A stretch of DNA of 63,249 nucleotides, the filler included, from Phoronis australis (taxonomy: Eukaryota; Animalia; Phoronida), in NCBI GenBank assembly GCA_002633005.1. It is 7 parts of 7 records of this genome, joined end to end, with 100 filler letters (N's around TTAATTAATTAA, not from the genome) between each part and the next. Parts side by side here need not be neighbours in the genome. Positions count along the whole stretch, not along the records: positions 37,410 to 57,136 come from NMRA01000570.1; positions 57,237 to 60,360 come from NMRA01003204.1; 5 more parts are not named here. One strand, given 5' to 3'. A program made the translations under genes and the position numbers. Below the pieces are notes generated by a model, which saw nothing but the letters and a program-made list of their open reading frames with translations, was not told where the DNA came from and searched no databases. Below, one piece after another: positions 50,407-60,460 of the stretch (position 1 is its first letter; each line of letters begins with the position of its first letter).

Positions 50407-53400
50407 CTATGAACTTAGAACAAAGTCCGCAAATCGCTGTGGTGTACGTCTCGCGCGAGTCGATCGCCGTGGTTGGACTCCTTCTGAACGAGCTCTAGGA
50501 ATATCCACCTCTGGAGTTATGGGTGTTGTTGACTCAGGTGGTGACTCGGGTGTTGTGTGGTCATCAGCCACCTTGGGCTCTTCTGTTTTCAACAGATCTC
50601 GCCGATTCCTCCTATAGACCGTTGGTCCCACTTGGATGTCGTAACTACGTGGACCGACCTGGTTGCGGCAGATTCCGGGGGTATACTTGTTCTCACCCGG
50701 CACCTTCAGACGCACAGTATCACCAAGCTCAATTATGGGTAGATCCTTTGCGCCTTTATTGTAGTAGAAACGCTGTCGCTCCTTGCGTCCTTTTAGATCG
50801 CGAATGTCACCTTCCTTGGTGTGTCGTGGCTCCAGTAGGCGATCTGTCATCGGTAATAAAGTGCGACATCTTCGTCCCATGAGACGTTCAGCGGGGCTCG
50901 TGGACATACCTTCAGTTGGTGTGTTTCGCCAGTCAAGCAAAGCTTGAAATTCTGAGGTTTTGTCCGACTGACATTTCTTGAACAACCGCTTCACCGTCTT
51001 TACTGCATTTTCTGCCTTGCCATTGGATTGCGCATAACGAGGAGATGACGTGTTATGCACGAAATTCAATTTTGCTGCAAACACTGCAAATTCTGCTGCA
51101 CTGAACTGAGGCCCATTGTCGCTAAAGACCTCCTGTGGAACACCATGTACAGCGAATATTCTCATCATCTCTTTGATGACAGCTTTGGATGTCGTTGAAG
51201 ATAAATTGGCGACTTCTATATAATTGCTGTAGAAATCCACCAACACAAGTAAAGTTCTCCCATTGAACTCACACAGGTCAGCCGCAATCTTCGCCCATGG
51301 TAATGTTATCACTGGATGTGTCATCAGAGTCTCCCTTGGTTGATTCGACCGATATGACAGACATGTGTCGCATTGTGTGATGAATTCTCTGATGTCACCT
51401 GCCATGCCCGGCCAGTACATGGACTCTCTAGCTCGTCGAATAGACCCCTCCATTCCAATGTGAGTTGAGTGCAGTTTTGACAACATTTGCCTTCTCATAC
51501 TCCTGGGAATGATCACCTGGCATCCTCTAAACACCAAGGGTCCTTCGCACACCAGTTGGTCACGCATACCAAAGTAATGACGTAGAACCTGCGAAACTGC
51601 GCTGCGTGTGCCTGGCCAGCCAGCATGAACCATCTTGTTCAGCTCCGAAAGAGCTGGGTCTTCGGCCGACTCTGCTGCCAATTGTCTCCAAAGGTCAGTC
51701 GTCAAAGCATCCGATTCTTCTACATGGTTGATGGTCACTACCTCTTTCACCTCACAGGTATCTTTCAGATATGCTCTACTTAGAGTATCCGCTAAGAAAA
51801 GGCTCTCTCCTTTAACGTACGTAATGGTTAATGCATATTTCTGTAGCCTTAGGAACATGCGCTGTAGCCTTTTCGGTGACTGATACAAGGGCTTCTTCGC
51901 AATCATTTCCAAGGGTTTGTGATCTGTGTTGACAGTCACCTGATCCCTACCATAGATATATGTGTTGAACCGCTCACAGGCAAAGACAATGGCCAATAGC
52001 TCTTTCTCGATTTGAGCATAGTTTTGCTCTGCTGAAGTAAGTGCTCGAGATGCATAGGCCACGGGTTGTCCAGTCTGTAACAACGCTGCGCCAAGTCCGG
52101 ACTGGGATGCATCGCACTGTATCGTCAGCTCTTCATCCAGGTTGTAGTATCGCAAAACGGGAGTACTTGCGATGGCCTGCTTGAGTTTATCAAATGCCTG
52201 CACCTGTTGCACATCCCAGGACCAAGGAACTTCCTTTCTTGTAAGCGCTCTCAAAGGTTCCACAATACTGGAGAGGTTGGGCAAAAACTTACCCAAGTAT
52301 TGTGCCATGCCTAAGAGTCTCTGGACACCCTTGACGTCTTCTGGAGACGGCATGTCCAAAACAGCTTGGATTTTACTTGGGTCGGCCTGAATACCTTTGT
52401 CTGAGGCTATGTGACCGATGAATTCCACAGAGGATTGCCTAAACTTGAATTTCTTACGGTTCAATACTACATGCTTGTCCTTGCATCGTTGTAAAAATGT
52501 AGAGAGATTGTTGTCGTGATCACGTACAGCTTCTTCTGTAGTGTCCCTAAAACCGACTACCAAGAAGTCGTCCGCCTGAACCCCAACGCCATGTAAACGT
52601 TGTATAAGCTCGTGTGTTTTCCTCTGAAATACTTCATGTGCCGACTTTATTCCAAAAGGGAGTCGAAGTCATCTATATCGCCCAAAGGGTGTGTGAAAGG
52701 TTGTCAACCAGGATGATTCTTCGCTTAAAGGTACATGCCAAAAACCTTTGGTCACGTCCAGCACGGAAAATACTTTTGCGTTGTGCAATCTGGTAGCGAT
52801 GTTTTCCACTGTTGGCATCTCGTAGTGCTCTCGAAGAAGGGCCTCATTCAGGTGTTTGGGGTCCAAACATATGCGCAGGACATTGTCTTTTTACGGACAA
52901 CAACCATAGAGTTGATCCACTCCGTGGGCTCTTCAATCGGGGTAATGATCCCATCCTTGACAAGAACTTCCAGCTTCGCTTTCAAGGGTTCCCTGAGGGG
53001 CACTGGTACCCTGCGTGGTGCATGTTGTACAGCTGGCACACTGTCATCCAGTCTGATGCGGTGCTCCCCTTCAAGCTTTCCCACCTTGTCACTGAATGCA
53101 TCTGGGAATGCTTTACAAAATCTTTTGAAACTGGTTTTGATGCCGTCGCCATGGTAATCTTGAATATCTTGGCATCCTTAGGGTAGGGTCGTCTCATATC
53201 GTCGTTGTCTGTGTATTTGAGTACTTTCAAACCAACGCACGCCTTCTCCCCTAGCAGGGGTCTTCCATTTGGATTGTCCACCACTAGACATCTGATGTTG
53301 CATCTTCTATCAAATCTCGAAACACCGAGAATCACTCGACCCATTGTCGGAAGTTTGCTTCCTCCATAGGCCTCTATGCATGATGCCACTGACTCCAGTT

Positions 53401-53488
53401 TGCCCAGTGTATGGTCACCCGTAGCTTCTTTGTAGATGTGGACTGGGATAACCGATGTGTCAGCTCCACTGTCAATCTGAAACTGCAC
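50407..53488 (-). pseudogene. pol: Gypsy pol (protease, RT, RNase H, integrase), broken into several ORFs
   Basis: The 718-aa open stretch has CDASQSGLGA, YAQIEKELLA, TDHKPL, the HHCC finger, SDNGPQF and SNGKAE. In-frame TGA at 52669-52671 (GRYR*LRLPFG) and frameshifts near 52860 and 53100. Confidence 0.93.
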
Positions 53489-53564
53489 AAAATTTCCGTT
53501 TTCAAGACAAAAGTGTTATTGTCTGTCGAGGCGAAAGCTCTCCCATATTGGAGATTGCGTACGT

Positions 53565-54361
53565 TTGGGGGTGGTCCTCTTCATGCAATGCATTGGCCTT
53601 CTTTGTAGATGCGTCACTCCAGCATTAAACCGCAAAATGGTTATATTTTCTGCATTTATTGCATTGCTTTCCTTTCGCAGGACATTTTTCACCATGCTTG
53701 AGTCCACAGCTTTGACACTCATGCTGTTTGCTTGTCTGTGTCTGTTTTTTGTTCCTTTGGGTTGGCTGGTGCTTCTTTCTAGTGTTGACTGCATGGACTC
53801 CCGTTGTAGCCTCTCCAACCAACTTCATCTGTTCTGATGTTGATTCGGCTGCCCTGCAAATCTCATCGTTTTTTTCAACGTCAGTGAAGCTTCTCTGAGT
53901 AGGCGTTCACGTACCTTGGGATCTCTAATGCCGAATACCAAACGATCTCTGAGTATGTCGTCTGGCGTGATGTCAGCAAACTCGCACCTCTCGGCCAATT
54001 TTTGCAAAGCCGCCTTGTACTGGTCATACGATTCGCCTGGTTCCTGTACACGCTTATTAAAGCAGCATCTCTCAAATGGGGTGTTCTTTTTTGGTTCGCT
54101 ACACGTCGCAAACCTGTCCATTACAGCACCAATCTGTTCTCTTTCGGCATCAATCATGTCGAAGGTGTAGAAAAATTCTCTTGCTTCTTCTCCAATTACA
54201 GTAAGGAGTGTTGCTACCTGGACATTTTCCAGCTTCTTGTTTTGTTCCGATGCCAGCGAGTAATTTGCCCAAGCATTCCGGAATTTCCTCCATCCTTCTG
54301 CCACATTGTTGGAGTGCAAATCTTAGGGGGAGGGAGGAGGTAGACCATAAGCGTGGGCCAT
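53565..54361 (-). pseudogene. gag: Gypsy gag, disrupted
   Basis: MAHAYGLPPPSP then TAA where the second copy has TTG; RDRLVFGIRD motif; CQSCGLKH..C and CNKCRKYNHF knuckles. Confidence 0.9.
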
Positions 54362-54556
54362 CGTGAGTCGCAATCTGAGACAACAGGGACTTCTTAAGCA
54401 TGTCTTTAAAGTCAAGTCAGAGTAAAAACTGGAATGGACTCACCAGATCAGGCTCACTAGTTTAGGGATTAATGAGCAAAACCACAATGCTTTTTCATGA
54501 ATTTGGTCTGCTCGGCTCTTCAGTGGTTCATCAGGGTCCTGTTCACGCTGCCACCA

Positions 54557-54733
54557 TGTAACGAATTGCTGTTAACTCGTAGATTTTAACTAATAAAACA
54601 TCACTTTATTGTATCATGACCTCATGGTCTGAGACAGGAAGTTGATGACAACAGGAAGTAGCTCTGACTAAACTATCATTACGACTAAAGTCCAATACTC
54701 CGAATAAAACGTGTAATCGAACATCACGTCACA
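54557..54733 (-). repeat. 5' LTR
   Basis: Followed on the minus strand by PBS TGGTGGCAGCG; AAAGC TSD at 54734-54738. Confidence 0.97.
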
Positions 54734-56212
54734 AAAGCCTTATGGATTACTAAATTTCATTAAGCTTGCGTTACTTTCGAAACACCTAAGGGAGTTTTGA
54801 CTTATCGTTGATGATTTTATTACACTCTACATACATGTAGAGGCATTTCAAGCAAAACTTTTAAAATTTACACGGCTTACGAAAATCATTTCTAATTGAA
54901 TTAATGAAATACTTTCCAAGATAGGTTTTGGTTTCTTGTTGTCAGATTTCTGTCATTGCTTTTTTCTAGCGTCAGTAACTTTTTTAAACTCTGAATACGT
55001 GAAAATTCTGCATTTAATTTCAGGGATTCATTTGTTTGGATTGGTCTCTCTGACAAAACGACAGAGGGCGCCTGGAGGTGGTCTGACAAGACACAGTTAA
55101 ACTACACCAACTGGTATGACACATAGAATCAGCCCAATGGGAATCAAAGTAAGCCGATTTGACGTATGCTTACCTAAGATATACTGCAAGTTAGGAACGT
55201 TTCTATTTGGGTGGATATCTCACAATTGTAATTCCTTGACAAATTTATTATTATATAGTCAATGCCCACGTCAGGATGCGCAATCTGATTGGTGGTAACT
55301 ACATGTGATGGGCAGGAAGGTTTTACATGCGCATATCAGCAAACTTGTTTGATACCAGAAGGTGAAATTTGCTGTCTTTCCTATACCATTTCCGAAGTTC
55401 AAAGTATATAGTGACATGTATAGTAGAATCTCAGGCAAAAGATTTCGTGATAACAAGACTTTATCTCTGACACACAGTGTTCAGTTAGTTCAATATGAGG
55501 TGTTATTGCGAAAGAAAGGTATTCATCATCACAACATCAAGCAACTTAACGTGCTGGTAAGATGTCAAGTTTTTGTCTTCTAGCACTAAAATTGTGGAAA
55601 ATGCTATAGTCTATGAGTTAATAAAGTACACTGTACATTTCGTCACCTGTTGAGAACTTTATGTAACAAAGCGAAGTGATGCGTGAAGTACGGTTTCAGA
55701 ATAATCGTTACGTCGAAACTCTAAATGTGGATTTGGTTGGAAGATTTTGAATAGAATTCAGATCACAGTCGCTTATCTGAGAGGACCCAGGTATTACAGG
55801 GAATTAGCATTGCATTGTCTTAACAGGTTTCTGACGGTTTGCCTGTTATCTGACCGATAGCAGACAAGCCAATATGACATTGTTCAGGGGCAATATATTG
55901 TGAAAAATTTCAACGACATTTTACTCAACAGATGACAGCGGTAGCCACTTAGATGATCGTTTAGACACAAAGTCCAACCTTAAGACTATTACGCAACGCG
56001 TTAACTTTAGATCTTCACTTAGGCCTTTTTCGGTCTTAATTTCAATGTTGGTCGTAAGGAATTTAATGAAACTAGTCTGAGAAAATTTAGACTTAAGTTA
56101 ACCAGAGTTAGATCTAAGTTAAGAAAGAAATCTGTTATGTAATGTGCTCATGGTCACTTGTTGGCGTTAGTTATGTTTGACATAAATGAAACTATAGTGG
56201 GCGTTAAGGAAT

Positions 56213-56213
<1 letters not shown>

Positions 56214-56254
<41 letters not shown>
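56214..56254. repeat. (GA)n microsatellite
   Basis: About 20 perfect GA units just before the single N at 56260. Confidence 0.95.
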
Positions 56255-56257
<3 letters not shown>

Positions 56258-56260
56258 TGN

Positions 56261-57136
56261 TGGGTTGGCTGGTGCTTCTTTCTAGTGTTGACTGCATGGA
56301 CGCCCGTTGTAGCCTCTCCAACCAACTTCATCTGTGTTGATGTTGATTCGGCTGCCCTGCAAATCTCATCGGTTTTTTTCAACGTCAATGAAGCTTCTCT
56401 GAGTAGACGTTCACGTACCTTGGGATCTCTAATGCCGAATACCAAACGATCTCTGAGTATGTCGTCTGGCGTGATGTCAGCAAACTCGCACCTCTCGGCC
56501 AATTTTCGCAAAGCCGCCTTGTACTGCTCATACGATTCGCCTGGTTCCTGTTCACGCTTATTAAAGCAGTATCTCTCAAATGGGGTGTTCTTTTTTGGTT
56601 CGCTATACGCCGCAAACCTATCCATTACAGCACCAATCTGTTCTCTTTCGGCATCAGTCATGTCGAAGGTGTAGAAAAGATCTCTCGCTTCTTCTCCAAT
56701 TACAGTAAGGAGTGTTGCTACCTGGACATTTTCCGGCTTCTTGTCTAGTTCCGATGCCAGCGAGTAATTCGTCCAAGCATTCCGGAATTTCCTCCATCCT
56801 TCTGCCACATTGTTAGAGTGCAAATCCAAGGGGGAGGGAGGGGGTAGACCATAAGCGTGGGCCATTGTGAGTCGCAATCTGAGACACCAGGGACTTCTTA
56901 AGCACGTCTTTAAAGTCAAGTCTGAGTAAAAACTGGAATGAACTCACCAGATCAGGCTCACTAGTTTAGGGATTAATGAGCAAAACCACAATGCTTTTTC
57001 ATGAATTTGATCTGCTCGGCTCTTCAGTGGTTCATCAGGGTCCTGTTCACGCTGCCACCATGTAACGAATTACGGTTAACTCGTAGATTTTAACTAATAA
57101 AACATCACTTTATTATATCATGACCTCATGGTCTGA
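56261..57136 (-). mobile_element. gag: Second, partial copy of the same Gypsy family (part of 5' LTR, PBS, open gag)
   Basis: LTR sequence at 57061-57136, same PBS, uninterrupted gag frame from ATG at 56865; bounded by a single N and a linker. Confidence 0.93.
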
Positions 57137-57236
57137 NNNNNNNNNNNNNNNNNNNNNNNNNNNNNNNNNNNNNNNNNNNNTTAATTAATTAANNNNNNNN
57201 NNNNNNNNNNNNNNNNNNNNNNNNNNNNNNNNNNNN
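57137..57236. other. Artificial contig spacer
   Basis: 44N-TTAATTAATTAA-44N. Confidence 0.97.
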
Positions 57237-58849
57237 ATTGGAAAGTTTCAAATCTCGCAAACTATAGATAACAACCGGACTCGGATGACAGTGAATTGAA
57301 TATATGGCGCTATGGAAAACATTTACCACTTGGTTAATAAGTCAAATTTGCAGTTGGAATGAACGTAAACATGCAATGAAACAAGCAAAATCTCTAATGT
57401 CTTTTTAGGAGATTACAGACAAAATAGATCACTTGAAAATTGATCTCATTACCAAGAGAAAACTAAAATATACAAAATTATCAAAATGAAGAAAAATATC
57501 ATCAAGTCTTGACGTTGAACTTTTTATAAACTTGTAGTTATCTTGCAGTGATATTAACAGTAAATTTTTATGTCTCATGTTTTTTAACGGAAGTACCAAA
57601 CACGTTCTTTAGCTAAATACCTCAGGGAAGATTTTTCAATCTCGAAATGTTGATTGGCATGTGTCATAGTTCCTTCCATGTTGAATGTTTCTTTCGACGT
57701 GATTAATTAATTATTGTTCAGTTGCTACAGTAATGTACATGTACACACAAAGATTCGTCCATGTTCCTCCATGTTGTCATTAATTAAGTTTTTTAATTGC
57801 TACAGTATTGTAAGCCTCCTCAAGAAGCCTGTGTTTCCTTAGAGGCACAATAATTAAAATAGATTCTCCAAAATGGTGCCATTTTCGACAAAATACTATT
57901 ATGAAAAAGGGAGCCTTTTCTGTATTTTCAGAACAGAACTATGTGAAAATGTGAATTTTTACTTTGATGGGTCATTTTTTGTCCGAGCCCACTCTCTAAA
58001 TGGGTAGGCATCCAAAGTTTCGAGCAGCACCACTCGTCCAAAAATACTCAAGTACCCCAGTGGTTTCAGATACCACTTGCTGATTTTGATCATTTACTTT
58101 GTGATATGACTTGGTTATAATGGCACATTTCTGGCACCTGCATTCAAGTAAAATGTCAGTTAGCAAAATGTAACAACTTGTTACATTTTAGGAGAAGCTT
58201 AGTCACAAAAAATGTAACAATGTGATAAAATGTAACAGTTCCTGCATTTTGGGAAACTGTTACATTTTAGGGTAACAGGCAGCTTTCATGGATTTTTTCA
58301 ACAGGATATTTTTCAAACCTCCAGCTAAGCTGCAAAGTTTGGCCTGTGAATAAATGGCGGGAGTTTGCACTGCAGATGATGAGTCATGTAGTAGGTCAAT
58401 CCTAGAAAAATCGCGGATACCTTTTCCCTTTGTCAAGTTGCACACTTAGCTAATGGAATGCATGTGTTGATTAGAGAGCACTGATTCAACTTCCACAGCA
58501 GCAACTAGCCTTGCACTCCAGAACCATTTACTGAATTGCAGTAGTGAAAAAAGGTAACGCCATGCATGCAAGTAAGAACTCAATTTTGCGACCTGAAATG
58601 GTGAGTATTTAACGCCGCAGGTAAGAGCATAATTTAAGCATTTTCTCGATGACCCAAAAATCAATTTTGGGACTTAAAAATGGCGGGAAGATTTTTGATA
58701 AAAAAGTTTGAATAGTCTACTACCCTAAGTGTTTAAATAAAAAAATAATTGTAGGCGGTCTGGTACACGTTGTACCAAATGTGCAAAACCCACGCATTTG
58801 GGCCCATTGCAGTGATCACCTGGAACTATTTTTGTGATTTATTAATATA

Positions 58850-58975
58850 TAGTTGAACTGAGCTGAGGAGCTAGAAACCTGACTCAATGGTCTAGCAATG
58901 TGGCCCAGTGGGACTCGAACTCACGATCTCGAGTACAGAAGGTGGGCGCCTATCACACTAGGCCACACTGCCTCC
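58850..58975 (-). mobile_element. tRNA-derived SINE head
   Basis: Minus strand reads GGAGGCAGTGTGGCCTAGTG...GTGAGTTCGAGTCCCACTGGG: A and B boxes at tRNA spacing, but acceptor and anticodon stems do not pair well. The 3' extent is uncertain. Confidence 0.65.
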
Positions 58976-59626
58976 TCCAGTATTTACATAAAGAGTTGTA
59001 AAAGGTTTTTGGTGAAAGACTGCTTTGACTAGGTAAACACTCAATATCAAAAGTAGGTAAGCTAAATGGGCCTGATGTAAAATACAAACACGGAAATACA
59101 ACCTATAAATTTTGTGGGATGGGTTTATGCCTGAATAATACAAGTGCTGAGTGGGCTTATACTGGGGGGGGATGCCTGGGTAGATTCAAAAAAGAAACTG
59201 AAAGGGAAAACACGGCAATATACAAAATTCCCAGACGCCGAAACATTTGTACTTAAATTTGGATATTAATCCACCACGAGTGTATGTAATTACAATTGTT
59301 GTCAACAAGATCACTTACTCTTCATCAAATAACATTTATTTAACAACGCATTATTACGCAATAACACAATGTTTCCCAAGTCCTTTCTGAGAGAAAAATG
59401 TTAATCCCTGTCTTATAATCTTATAACTCCTACCAAGTATTTGGATTAGAACAACATCATTTAAATTTCTTGAAAGCAAGTCATAAATAGAATTTAAACT
59501 TCCAAAACAGCTGAACTGCACACAACCTAAAATAAGTTTTCATTTACAAAGATCTTTGATTGGTAGTAAATGAAACCCTAAGCCCTGTGACATGCTTGGT
59601 TCTGTTCATTCAAGTCACGTACTAAA

Positions 59627-60270
59627 GACAAGAGCACCGCGGAGCGTTGAAATGTGCCCACAAATGCACTGCAAATGGTGGGCTTCTAGAGGTATTTACT
59701 TGTAACATAAAAAATGACCACTAGATCTGGTGCAAAATACCGTAAACGTTCAGGTGAACGCCCATGCTCGGTTAACCGCCCACCCCCGATTTTTTGGTTT
59801 GCCAATTTAACCGCCCAGGGTGTTAACACGAACGTTTATTGTACTCAGAATCGATCCCAAAAATGGGAAATTGTTGTTTCTTTAAGAGGACGCTACTTAC
59901 TACATTTCATGAAAATCTGACAAGGAAGTTGAGAGAAACAGAGGAATATGGAAAAAAATGATACTGCCACTAGGGGGTATGTAGCATTTGTCGGATCTGT
60001 CTGAAAGTCGTCGTCTTCCGTTATCAACTTCATATAAATGCACCTGCTAAATTTAATAAAGATCCAGCAGAGGGCTTAGGAGATACAGCTAGGGGCGCAA
60101 AAAACAAAACTGCCACTAGGAGGCACCACAATAATCAAAGTCCCTGGAAAATCATGGTCAACCATCATCTTCACACTAAAAACATATAAGCCAATTTTCA
60201 CAATCATCCTAAGAGTTGATTGGTTGACAGAGGGCAGAAGCTAAAAAACAGACGAGAAAACGATAAAAAT
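59627..60270 (+). mobile_element. Diverged second copy of the Helentron-like element at 13938, interrupted by a CCGTA-MITE fragment (~59740-59885)
   Basis: ACAAGAGCA..GGAGCGTTGAAATGTGCC head and the same subunits (GCATTTGTCGGATC..CTGAAAGTCGTCGTC; TGCCACTAGGAGGC). Confidence 0.7.
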
Positions 60271-60360
60271 GGCCCTACCCAACGTTCCCATGAAAACAGC
60301 CCCCACCACACGCCCGTGACCTTGATTCCTTGTTACTCACCAACTGATGGTATAAAGGGT

Positions 60361-60460
60361 NNNNNNNNNNNNNNNNNNNNNNNNNNNNNNNNNNNNNNNN
60401 NNNNTTAATTAATTAANNNNNNNNNNNNNNNNNNNNNNNNNNNNNNNNNNNNNNNNNNNN
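60361..60460. other. Artificial contig spacer
   Basis: 44N-TTAATTAATTAA-44N. Confidence 0.97.

Larger units (their letters stand above)
50180..54733 (-). mobile_element. Full-length Ty3/Gypsy LTR retrotransposon, decayed (gag-PR-RT-RNaseH-IN)
   Basis: 177-bp LTRs at 54557-54733 and 50180-50356 with TG...CA ends; TSD AAAGC; PBS TGGTGGCAGCG (tRNA-Leu-like); PPT AGAAAGGGAAGGA; gag with two Zn knuckles; protease IDSGA; several stops and frameshifts. Confidence 0.97.

Noticed and set aside
50523-54343. Plus-strand ORFs antisense to Gypsy gag-pol
   Set aside because: Shadow frames of coding sequence with no recognisable motifs.
58900-58975. Functional tRNA gene (also considered at 31595 and 47155)
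   Set aside because: A/B boxes are present but acceptor and anticodon stems do not form; better explained as SINE-like or captured heads.
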